64,000 bases of DNA from an uncultured virus (IMG/VR IMGVR_UViG_3300039171_000040). Lineage: Duplodnaviria; Heunggongvirae; Uroviricota; Caudoviricetes. The stretch is taken from positions 1 through 64,000 of the IMG/VR virus record IMGVR_UViG_3300039171_000040; one strand, written 5' to 3'. Below the pieces are notes generated by a model. It had not been told where the DNA came from, ran no database searches, and worked only from the letters and a program-made list of their open reading frames with translations. Of this stretch, positions 50,950-60,389 are shown one piece after another. Positions within the stretch are counted from its first letter, which is position 1; every line of letters starts with the position of its first letter. The translations under genes and the position numbers were made by a program.

Positions 50950-52257
50950 ATGAGCGTGACACTATCAGCACAAAAGAAATTTGAAATTATCGAGTCATTC
51001 ATTAGTAATGAAAACAAAACCAAGACAGGGGAAATACATTGTGTGAGCGCCCGAACGGTTGGGCGCATTGTAAAAGAGTATAAGTTGGTAATGAATCACA
51101 CACCATACAACAAAATTTACACAGAAATGAACATTTTGGTTATGCCTGATGACAAAGTTGGTGATTATGCGTTTAATGTAACTGACTTAGAAACACTAGA
51201 TGATATATGTGATGCGCTTCGATTGTATTCCAATACAGACTTTGCACATATTTCTCATTTTATTTTTTTAGGGGATACATTTAAGGATGTGTTTGATCGA
51301 GCTAAAGGCTCTTTGGTTGATGCAATTCCAGAAGATGACGAATACCAAGAAGTTGTTTTTGCATTTTCGAGTGAGCTTGATGAACTGGAAAATGTTATTG
51401 ATGAAGAATTTGTAGATGCTATGGAGAAAGCAATTATTGAAGAGTTATCAAATCCTGATGCTTCTGATGAAGGTAGTTCTCTTATTGATAATTTTGATTG
51501 GAACCTGATTGCAACAGCAAAATCAATTACTGTTACTCGAACCAATAAAACAAGCTCAGAAACGAATTCGGTAGAGATTGCCAAGGGTAGTGAGAACTTC
51601 CGTTCTGCATGGACAATCATTCGTGAAACTGATATGTCTGATGAAGATGAGGTAGCTATCAGTGCTGATGAAATCTTCACCATGGCTGATCCAAAATCGG
51701 CTATTGAAAAGTTCAGCCAAGGGAAATTGACGGTTAACGTGAAAGAAGAGTGTGTTTACTATGATGGAAACCCCATCCACAACAGTCTGACAAATCGCGT
51801 TATCAGAATGGTGACAATGAATGGTATTGAAGGCACACAAAGTCTGATCAATTTCCTAGAAAAGTTGATGGAAAACCCAAGCTATCGCGCTGTCAATTCT
51901 CTGTATGATTTCATGCAACACAATGATATTGAAATTAACGGTGAAGGGAACTTCTATGCATGGAAACGAGTTCGTGACAACTACACAGATTGTCGTACCG
52001 GAACGTTTGATAACAGTGTTGGTGCAGAACCTTCAATGGCGCGCAACATGGTTAATGAAGACCCTGAACAAACTTGTAGTCATGGGCTTCATGTGGCTGC
52101 TAAACACTATCTAAACTGCTTCTATGGGCCTATTACATTAATGTGTGAGGTTGATCCAAGAGATGTTTGCTGCGTCCCCCACGATTACGTCAACGCAAAA
52201 ATGAGAACTTGTCGTTATAAAGTAGTTGAAGATGTAAGCAATCAATTTAACTACTAA
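50950..52257 (+). CDS. rIIB: rIIB protein
   Basis: FLEKLMENPS..AV..LY.F, TCSHGLHV, V.PRDV...P.DY..KMRTC.Y.V motifs. Confidence 0.93.
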   Translation: MSVTLSAQKKFEIIESFISNENKTKTGEIHCVSARTVGRIVKEYKLVMNHTPYNKIYTEMNILVMPDDKVGDYAFNVTDLETLDDICDALRLYSNTDFAHISHFIFLGDTFKDVFDRAKGSLVDAIPEDDEYQEVVFAFSSELDELENVIDEEFVDAMEKAIIEELSNPDASDEGSSLIDNFDWNLIATAKSITVTRTNKTSSETNSVEIAKGSENFRSAWTIIRETDMSDEDEVAISADEIFTMADPKSAIEKFSQGKLTVNVKEECVYYDGNPIHNSLTNRVIRMVTMNGIEGTQSLINFLEKLMENPSYRAVNSLYDFMQHNDIEINGEGNFYAWKRVRDNYTDCRTGTFDNSVGAEPSMARNMVNEDPEQTCSHGLHVAAKHYLNCFYGPITLMCEVDPRDVCCVPHDYVNAKMRTCRYKVVEDVSNQFNY

Positions 52258-53553
52258 TTTAATCAGGGGGCTTGCAAAGGCTCCCTTTTTCGTTTACTCT
52301 GGTAATACAACACATACAACAGGAGAAAAATAATGTTGACTTATTCGACACCAGATGGGGTCTATCGAGAACTTACAGTGTTTCACTTTAGGCCAATGAT
52401 TTCTTTTATTGACAATCCAGAAGGGTCTGGAAAGATAACACAAAAGAGATGGCTTCGATTTTCAATTATTAAACAGAAAAGAGTCTATGGTACATGGGTA
52501 ACAATGGAATTTCTGGACAAATAGTTCTTGCATCTGATCACTCACTATGAAATAATATCCTTGTAGTGAGGGACTAACCAATTAGGAGATTTAAAATGAA
52601 ACGCAAAAACTTTGAAATTATTAAGAACGGTGTTTACCTTGAAACCAAACACGCATGGAACTCATCTATTCGTGCCATTGGAAAGAACATTGGTGTTGTC
52701 GCCAATGAGGAAAACACAACATACAATCTGACAGACTCAAATTCAACAAAAGTTGGTTTCTATTTTGAGACAGGGTATCGTGTTTGGACTGGTGACAACG
52801 GAAATGTTGTTAAATATGAAATCAATTTGTTAGGCTAAGAGAGTGTTCTATGAAAATTGTAAGTAATCATCAATATCGTTATTTTTTGTACGGATACGAA
52901 TTGTCAGAAAAAATTAGAAAATCAGAATTTGATTATATGGATGATGGGACATTTGCAGAAGAAAATTTCATTCTATACAAGGGCGAATATTATTGCCTGA
53001 ATGATTTTGTTAGAATTGTTTCTCCAACCGTTGATTGTGGGTTTGCTCATATTGATTATTCTGGCGAACTGAAAGGTTGGAATGGAATCTTTTCAGAGAC
53101 TCACTTTTCTGGTCTGGTGATAAGTATTGGTGATCACGGTGACACATACAAAATTGGTCGATATTGCAGCTTGTAATTCATCACTTGTTATGAAATAATG
53201 GATCTGTACTGAGGGAATGACCTCTAACCCATTTAGGAGTTTTTGATATGAGCAACGAAGTAAAGTTTTTCGAATTGTCTGAGCTACTTTACAACAATGA
53301 CCCTGCGGGGACATGTTGTGTAGAGAATGAAATGAATGATGAGTATGACGCAGAAGCCTATAAACTTTGTCTGTTAAAAGAAGATGATCTTAAAGATAAC
53401 AAAGCTGTTCTTGGTATTTTTAGTGAAATGTTTGATGACAATTATGATGCAGAAGTCATCAAGAAAATCTTCCCTACAATCAAGCGCATCATCTTGTCAT
53501 AGAAATAAATAATATAAATAGAGATACAACCCATAAAAGGTATTATCTCTAAA

Positions 53554-54027
53554 ATGAAAACAATCAAGTCCATCCTCATTGAATCCCGCCAAATGGGTCG
53601 TTTCGCCTCAGTCAGAGGAAAAGGAAAACGATCTAAGTCCGAAGAACAAGAAGTAGCAAAAGATTCAAACATCTTTTTTAAATATCCTTTCAAGGGATGG
53701 AAGTTTGAAGCTACTATTCACGCAGCCGCACAAGAATATGATCGCCGCCCTGATATGCTAGAAGACGATTGGAAAGATTTTCATTCCCGCGTTTTTGACA
53801 AGATTGAAAAAATGAAGCCTATCAGTGGTGTTTTTGTGTTCTTTTCAAAAAAGTATCAACAATCATACATCGCCGCAGTTAATTTTGAAACAAAAACTGT
53901 TAAGATCATAACCGTTTTGCCTAAAGGTAAATCTGACCCCAGACAATCTGGTTCATCAAACGCACCCACTATTCGTATGATCATCGAAGGTCAGCAATAC
54001 GATCTTGAAATGATCGAGTGTGAATAA
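53554..54027 (+). CDS. Putative internal head protein with possible BECR-RNase-like fold
   Basis: TATAAATA at 53513; CTS-like MKTIKSILIE; TIHA..QE.DR and KIITVLP. Confidence 0.5.
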   Translation: MKTIKSILIESRQMGRFASVRGKGKRSKSEEQEVAKDSNIFFKYPFKGWKFEATIHAAAQEYDRRPDMLEDDWKDFHSRVFDKIEKMKPISGVFVFFSKKYQQSYIAAVNFETKTVKIITVLPKGKSDPRQSGSSNAPTIRMIIEGQQYDLEMIECE

Positions 54028-54074
54028 ACCATTCTAAATACAATTGAGTATAACAGATATAGGGAATAAAAGAT

Positions 54075-54383
54075 ATGCGAGTATTGCCAATTTGGGCTAA
54101 GAAGCCTAAGAATAAAAAAGAAGTTATTGCAACACCTAAAGGATGGGTGGTCAAAGAAACTGGTGAAGTCTTGGCTAGTTATAAAGGGCTTGATGAAAAA
54201 CTAAAAGAATTGTTCAAAGAAATTGATCAAATTTCTTTTGTATCACCAGAGGCTGTAGAACAAGATGAAGAACCAGCACCCCAACAGAAGCAAGACGAAC
54301 AAGAAGAAAGCGAATATAAAAAGACAGTCGAAGTAGCAAAACCAAAAGGTCGAGGCCGACCAAAGAAAAATGCAACTAACTAA
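54075..54383 (+). CDS. Late hypothetical protein with C-terminal GRGRPKK
   Basis: CTAAATA at 54034; AT-hook-like tail. Confidence 0.55.
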   Translation: MRVLPIWAKKPKNKKEVIATPKGWVVKETGEVLASYKGLDEKLKELFKEIDQISFVSPEAVEQDEEPAPQQKQDEQEESEYKKTVEVAKPKGRGRPKKNATN

Positions 54384-54726
54384 TAAGACGTTTAAGTTGT
54401 TCGCTATGAAAGCTTATGATAATCCATATTGCATTAGCGAACAAGAATTTGAAGAGGACTTGAAAAAAATTCAAACGATCAAAAAGATGATTTCAAATGA
54501 GTCATCTGATGAGAGTTCGAATATTCGTTTGTTGGTGAACTACTTCATTTCATTTTACAATGTGTTTGAACATAAGTCTGCGACAAAGATTATTTTTCAT
54601 AAGTTGCAGCCTCATCACAAACCATACGCCAATGCAATATTGGCGTATCTTTCATTGCCTATTGGTGATGGTGGAGTGGTTGAGGAATTTTACGACCAAA
54701 TAGAAGAAGAATATAGGGGAGTATAA
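54370..54726 (+). CDS. Conserved T4-like hypothetical protein
   Basis: L...F.LFAMK.YDNP.C....EF.EDL..RLL.N..I.FYNVF pattern. Confidence 0.7.
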   Translation: MQLTNKTFKLFAMKAYDNPYCISEQEFEEDLKKIQTIKKMISNESSDESSNIRLLVNYFISFYNVFEHKSATKIIFHKLQPHHKPYANAILAYLSLPIGDGGVVEEFYDQIEEEYRGV

Positions 54727-54729
54727 GGC

Positions 54730-55143
54730 ATGAAAGAATTTAAAGACTACTTACAAGAAAAGAAAGCTGCCGATGATCCTTGTTGGAAAGGATACAAACA
54801 GGTTGGAATGAAAACCAAAGACGGTAAGCAGGTTCCAAACTGTGTACCAGAAGCTGATGAAGGCGTGGATGAGTCAGACGCACCTACAAACGTCACAGCA
54901 GGCGTTGCTAATCCAGACGCACAAACCCTCACCAAAGGCTCTTTTGCTGGCTATCCATGCTTAGACGTGGACTCAGAGACATATGTGAAGTGTAGTCGCG
55001 GTAAAGGTAAGCAACCATACGCACGTTGGAAGAATTACGTAGGTGATAAAGACTTAGAAGACTTTATCAAAAAGAATTTTAACAAAGAAAAGAAACTACT
55101 CATAAAGAATCGGGACACAGGTTCAATGACGTTTCTAAAATAA
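54730..55143 (+). CDS. Putative internal head protein
   Basis: CTS-like MKEFKDYLQE; DPCWKGYKQVGMK.K.GKQVPNCVP motif. Confidence 0.7.
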   Translation: MKEFKDYLQEKKAADDPCWKGYKQVGMKTKDGKQVPNCVPEADEGVDESDAPTNVTAGVANPDAQTLTKGSFAGYPCLDVDSETYVKCSRGKGKQPYARWKNYVGDKDLEDFIKKNFNKEKKLLIKNRDTGSMTFLK

Positions 55144-55155
55144 GGAACTCATCAA

Positions 55156-55572
55156 ATGTTTGCACTCATCAAAGCAATTCCACTGATGATGAAAACCGCA
55201 AAGTTTTGGATAATCGCGGCTCTTGTATCAAGTCTTGTTGGTGGTGTTACATGGTTGGCATACGACTATAGAAAAACACTACAAGAACTTGCGGTTTCAG
55301 AACAACAGGTTGATAATTTACAGAATCAATTGTTGGTTGTTAATGGCAGAATTAAAGAAGAGAGGGACAGAACACAAAGTCTCCGCAGTGACAATTCAAA
55401 AATATCCTCTCAGTACCTAGCCAAGATTCGAGAACTACAAGACTTGAAAGAAAATTATCAAATGCTCAAAGACAAACCCAACGAAGCCGCCTTAAAAATC
55501 GAATCATCATTCAACACGTTTATGAATGATGTGTCTTGCATTACAGGGGATGCAGCATTATGTCCAAAATAA
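55156..55572 (+). CDS. Inner-membrane spanin (Rz-like)
   Basis: N-terminal TM, long coiled coil, C-terminal Cys; overlaps a lipoprotein gene. Confidence 0.75.
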   Translation: MFALIKAIPLMMKTAKFWIIAALVSSLVGGVTWLAYDYRKTLQELAVSEQQVDNLQNQLLVVNGRIKEERDRTQSLRSDNSKISSQYLAKIRELQDLKENYQMLKDKPNEAALKIESSFNTFMNDVSCITGDAALCPK

Positions 55573-55919
55573 TTCTTTTACTGATGTTTTGCGTTATCCT
55601 ATCAGGATGTGCGTCAACACCACCAGACATCTCATTCAATGAAACATTTTCACACCCAGAACTACCGAATCCTGTACAACCGTATAAATTTGATTTTTAC
55701 GTGGTGACAGAGGACAATGTGGAAGAGTTTATTAATCAGCCAAAAGTATTTGTTGCGATTGAGTATCAACAAACTCTAGACTTTAGACAATTTCTTGAAG
55801 ATATGAAACGATTTATGCTTGAAGCCAATGGTGTGATCTGCTACTATAGAGAAGACTTAAAAGAGCAATTTTGCGAAAACCAACAAAGGTACTTTAATCG
55901 TGGAAAAGATCAGCAATAA
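55560..55919 (+). CDS. Outer-membrane lipoprotein spanin (Rz1-like)
   Basis: Lipobox LSGC; Pro-rich linker; YYR near the end. Confidence 0.75.
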   Translation: MSKIILLLMFCVILSGCASTPPDISFNETFSHPELPNPVQPYKFDFYVVTEDNVEEFINQPKVFVAIEYQQTLDFRQFLEDMKRFMLEANGVICYYREDLKEQFCENQQRYFNRGKDQQ

Positions 55920-55934
55920 TTTTAGAGTTTTGTC

Positions 55935-56411
55935 ATGATTACATTTGTTAACAGATTCGCATTTAAAGAAATGCTTCGCAACAAGAACGCAGATTTCAAT
56001 CCTTTAATTTCTACCAAGCTTGCGTATGTTTCTATTAGCGATACAAACCACGAGCAAGGGGAAATTGAATCTCTATTTACATTTACAGAAATTGATCCAT
56101 ATTCTTATATCACACTATCCTTTCCAGACAACGATGATGGTATCCCCTCAGACGAAGCACAGCGCCTTGTAGACTTCATTAAGAAACACCCTGATAAGGA
56201 CTTCATAGTTCACTGCTTCATGGGTATATCGAGGTCTGGGGCTGTTGCAAAGTTCATTAACGAATACTATGATATGAATGATGTGATTTTGAATACTTAC
56301 ACAGGCTATAACAAACAAGTGTATAATAGTCTGAATGCTGTGATTGGTAAGGATATTGCATCTTATTACGCAGAACTTGAAAAAGCTGATAAAGGATGCT
56401 GGTCAGAATAA
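55935..56411 (+). CDS. Cys-dependent phosphatase (PTP/DSP-like)
   Basis: VHCFMGISRSGAVA (HCx5R). Confidence 0.85.
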   Translation: MITFVNRFAFKEMLRNKNADFNPLISTKLAYVSISDTNHEQGEIESLFTFTEIDPYSYITLSFPDNDDGIPSDEAQRLVDFIKKHPDKDFIVHCFMGISRSGAVAKFINEYYDMNDVILNTYTGYNKQVYNSLNAVIGKDIASYYAELEKADKGCWSE

Positions 56412-56457
56412 TTTTTATAAATAGGTTATACTTTGAACAATAAGGAATAGTATTAAT

Positions 56458-56892
56458 ATGGCGTACATTGATAAAGGACTAACTCTACCGGAAGTATTTA
56501 AAAGAGTTGCAGAAAAAGAAACAATTGAAGAAAAGGCAAAACTGTTAAAAGCATACGAAACAAAAAGCTTGCGTTGGTTCATTGATTCATTGTATAATCG
56601 TGACTTATCTGATATTGTGATTCCAGAATACAAAGTTTCTAAAAATCCGTCTGGTATTGCTTTCATGAACATTAACAATTCTATGAACAGAATTGAAGCA
56701 GCTATCAGCAATAAAGATAAACCATGGATTGTGAATCGCAACTTAACATTGGTTCTGGAAGGTGTTACTTCTGAGGAAGCAAGTCTCATTGAAAAACTAT
56801 TAAAAGGCGAACGCAGAATTACTGGCGTGTCGAAAACGGTTTTTAAGAAGGCATATCCTGAATTTTTTCGTACTGAGGAAGAGGTTCAATAA
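56458..56892 (+). CDS. Conserved T4-like hypothetical protein
   Basis: EVF..V....T..EK..LL and LEG....EA.L motifs; TATAAATA at 56416. Confidence 0.6.
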   Translation: MAYIDKGLTLPEVFKRVAEKETIEEKAKLLKAYETKSLRWFIDSLYNRDLSDIVIPEYKVSKNPSGIAFMNINNSMNRIEAAISNKDKPWIVNRNLTLVLEGVTSEEASLIEKLLKGERRITGVSKTVFKKAYPEFFRTEEEVQ

Positions 56893-56976
56893 TTTAAAGC
56901 GGGGATGGAAAAAGATATTCGCTTAAAATAAACCCCATTCATTCGTTTGGGGTTTTCAAAAATAGAGAGGATTAAA

Positions 56977-57141
56977 ATGTCATTCCAACATGATAAAGGA
57001 AAAATTAAACACAATGCGTTGGCAGCATTGGTAACATCCAATGCCTTCTTACCAAAGAAAGAAAAGATCAAAAAAGGCAAAGGATCATACAACCGAAACA
57101 GTAAACACAAATCAGACTACTCACACAAACGCATTTTTTAA
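56977..57141 (+). CDS. arfA: Alternative ribosome rescue factor A, 54 aa
   Basis: QH.KG.IK.NAL.AL....F....EK.KKGKGSY.R..KH matches ArfA; GAGG RBS. Confidence 0.88.
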   Translation: MSFQHDKGKIKHNALAALVTSNAFLPKKEKIKKGKGSYNRNSKHKSDYSHKRIF

Positions 57142-57167
57142 AGTGTTTTTGTATGAGTAGTTTTTTT
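57116..57167 (+). terminator. Long hairpin plus U-tract spanning the arfA stop codon
   Basis: ACTACTCAcACAAA..TTTGTaTGAGTAGT followed by a T run; TAA lies at the apex. Confidence 0.7.
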
Positions 57168-57192
57168 ATTTGACTACACAAAAGAGAATTAT

Positions 57193-57714
57193 ATGGAAAA
57201 CTCAAACAAAAAACCAGTACGGATACTATTTCTTGACATAGAAGGGGTTCTAGCCACGCATCGCGCTCAGTTCTCAAAACTTGAAAGAGGGGCTTTGGAA
57301 GATTTTGATTCCGTGGTGGTCGAATTCCTAGATTCTATTTGTAGCAAGTATCTATGTTATATTGTAATAACATCCAGAAAAAGAAAATTATTTGACAGTG
57401 TTGATATTTTTAAGTCAAAAATGATAGGATGGGGTGGTGGGTATCTAACGGACTTTTTATTTCCTGATGATGATTTATGGAGAACAACAACAAAAACTCT
57501 CGATTATAAATCTTTAGAAATTGACGACTGGTTTGAAAAGTTTGAAAAGAAATTTAAAAATAAATTTTATATTGACAACTACGTTATTATAGATGACAAT
57601 CTTCTTGGCTCTATATCAAAGCATGATGATCATTTTGTCTATGTTAAAAATGGATATAATGGAATGGGATGTGATGAGTATAGGGAATTAATTAAAATAC
57701 TTGATAAGGAATGA
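57193..57714 (+). CDS. HAD-domain protein (Swiss Army Knife RNA-repair-like)
   Basis: ILFLDIEGVL, IVITS, EI..W and YVIIDD motifs. Confidence 0.75.
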   Translation: MENSNKKPVRILFLDIEGVLATHRAQFSKLERGALEDFDSVVVEFLDSICSKYLCYIVITSRKRKLFDSVDIFKSKMIGWGGGYLTDFLFPDDDLWRTTTKTLDYKSLEIDDWFEKFEKKFKNKFYIDNYVIIDDNLLGSISKHDDHFVYVKNGYNGMGCDEYRELIKILDKE

Positions 57715-59091
57715 TTTAGTTATGACAATTGAAAAAGTTTTAGTGTGTGACGCATGTAAACAACCGATTAATGATAACAAGCTAGACGCGATTTCGGTTC
57801 TTGGTAATATCCATAAAACAGACTGTAATGAAACTAATGGTTTTGGTGGTAGGTTGTTTGGTGATTGTAATTGGCTTGCGATTGCGAATTTTGAGGCTCT
57901 AGATTATTGTGAGATTCCAGTAACCCACGTTCATTTAAAATGCTTGATTGATTACTTGCAGCCAAAGCTACGACAACGATAGATGTTGACACAATCCCTC
58001 ATCATCTGTAGAATGGGTACTGTGATGAGGGAAACTTAGGAGATTAAAGCATGGCTAACATGAAAGCAGTGAATAAAGGAATCAAAGAAGCATTTCTTGG
58101 TGATATCGGAATTGAAGCTGTTCGTGGTGATGGATACGTCTATTTTCATGGGTTATATGGATTTGATAACGTAGAATCAATAATGACTCACCCTGTAAGC
58201 ACCAGCACAGAAGATATGATTAGACTGTGTGTTGATAACATTGATTGTGCTATTGAATCAGGACTTGATATTTATGGAGAAGAATTGTGAGCTATGAAGA
58301 ATTCAAATTAAAGTACGCAACCTTTCTTGTTCAAATGATGAGATATGAGCCTGATCAAGCTGGTTCAAACATCTATGCAGAAAAGCTTGGTGCGCTTTGT
58401 GATGAGTATCCAGAGTTTGAAAAGAAATTAGATGAAGATGATTGACACCAGAACGCATTTCCTTTATACTGAGTGTAGAAATTGAGAAATACCTACCGGA
58501 GATTAGACATGGACAAGATTCAATTCGCAGTTATCGAAGCCAAAGTTTCAAACGCAGTTCTGGCTTATGAAGAAGACTTTGCATTTCGTAATGCAGGTTG
58601 CTTAGATTTCGGGACTTGTGGTTATGCCATTGTTCTACTAGGATTTGGTCGCAAGCGTAAGATCAAGCAAGAATTTCTTGACGCAGGATTCATCAAAGAA
58701 AACAACACTTGGGACAGCTACGGAAAAAAGGAATATGTGTTCCAGCTACAAAAGCCAACCGTAGGAACTCAGTACATCGGTTTCTATGAAGATCGAGTTC
58801 GTGCCGCTGTTAATGTTCTTCGTGAAGAGCTTGATGGAACTGGGGTTGATGTTAATATGCATACGTGGGTAGATTAATTCAAAGGGGGCTTGCAAGAGTC
58901 CCCTTTTTCGTGTAGACTGTATGTATTGATTGGGAAAACTTAGGAGATTGAATATGAACATTACCAAAAGTCAGAAAAAGACGATTGATGATCGGGAAGC
59001 GTGGAAAGACATTTGAAACAGAAAGTGGTGAATATTAAATTAGCAATAAATACTCTACACAATATAGAAATTAAAAAAAAAAGGAATAATT

Positions 59092-59349
59092 ATGAAAAGT
59101 TACGAAGCATTCTTAGAAGAAAGCAAATCAAACATGAAAATTAAAATTTTTAATAGTGATAACAATGTTGTTGGTAATCGTTTAGTTTCTGACATACACC
59201 AAAGGGCTGATGTGATTACTGGTGATATTTCATCATTTGCTACTGTAAAAATTAATAAAAAAGTGTATACTGTTAAATTGAATAGTTCGGGAACTGTTGG
59301 TAAGGTTATTTTAAAAAGAGCTTTAGAAATAAACTACAAAATTGTCTAA
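59092..59349 (+). CDS. Putative internal head protein
   Basis: AATAAATA at 59045; CTS-like MKSYEAFLEE. Confidence 0.65.
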   Translation: MKSYEAFLEESKSNMKIKIFNSDNNVVGNRLVSDIHQRADVITGDISSFATVKINKKVYTVKLNSSGTVGKVILKRALEINYKIV

Positions 59350-60389
59350 TTGGAAATATCTGTAATGAGGAATTAAACAAACATTTTAAGAGATTTACTT
59401 ATGAAACTTTTCAAGTATGTAGAAGCAGCCAACGAGTTTTACGTTTTCTACCCACACATCACCATCGGTGTTAAAATTGAGAATACCTTTGATGGCGAGA
59501 AGGCTGTTGTTTTTGAAGACACATACGCCATGAAAGAATTCTTGAATTACCTCGAAGATAATTCAGTTGACGTTTCTGAGTTAGAAGCATATGCCTTCGA
59601 TTCATCATGGGAAGAGACTGCATTCATGATGAATGACTTGCTTGAATTGAAATAGGTCTTGACTCTAAACCCTTAGTATGAAATAATACCTTTGTACTGA
59701 GGAAATGACGAAACAAACTAGGAGATTACATTATGATCAACCAAAGAATCAAAGTTTTAGAGTCGGAAATAATTGTTTCTGAGTCCGAAGAATTAGCAAT
59801 TTAGTTTTGATGATGGAATTTGGAAAGACTAAAACCCCCACGAAAGGAATTATACATGACCGACATCGTTATTGAAAAGAAATCATCCAAGCATCTTTAT
59901 GAAATTGTCACAGTGATTGATGGGGAAATCACTAGCATAGGAGTTGAGGCAAACACCAGCACACAAGCGGCTTCAATAGCAAAAAAGAATGGCTACACAG
60001 TACGTGACGTAAACATGATAGGCTAAATTTTTATAGGAGTATCCACGGAAACGATTGTGTATGCCATGCAATCGTTTCTTTTTAAAACCAAACCAAAAGG
60101 TAATACACAATGGCTGAAATTTTTGATAGCTACACGAAAGCAATGACTCAATTTAACACTGTATTTGGAACCAATTGGCAGCGACATATTCACCCACAAG
60201 ATCGTGATGAAATGTGTGGTTATCTGATTCGTATGCTTGCTGAGTCTGTTCGTCCTTTGTTTAACGTGTGGAACGCAACCACCAATCGACCACACGGTGT
60301 TGATAAACTGAGTGGGTGTGTTAAGACTTTGATCAAGACACAATCGGGTCGCAGCTACTATGTGGAAGCACCTACAAGGGGATTAATGT

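Noticed and set aside
58953..59805. Very short ORFs after strong promoters (MNITKSQKK.., MINQRIKV..)
   Set aside because: Could be micropeptides but are equally consistent with deletion remnants; cannot be supported from sequence alone.
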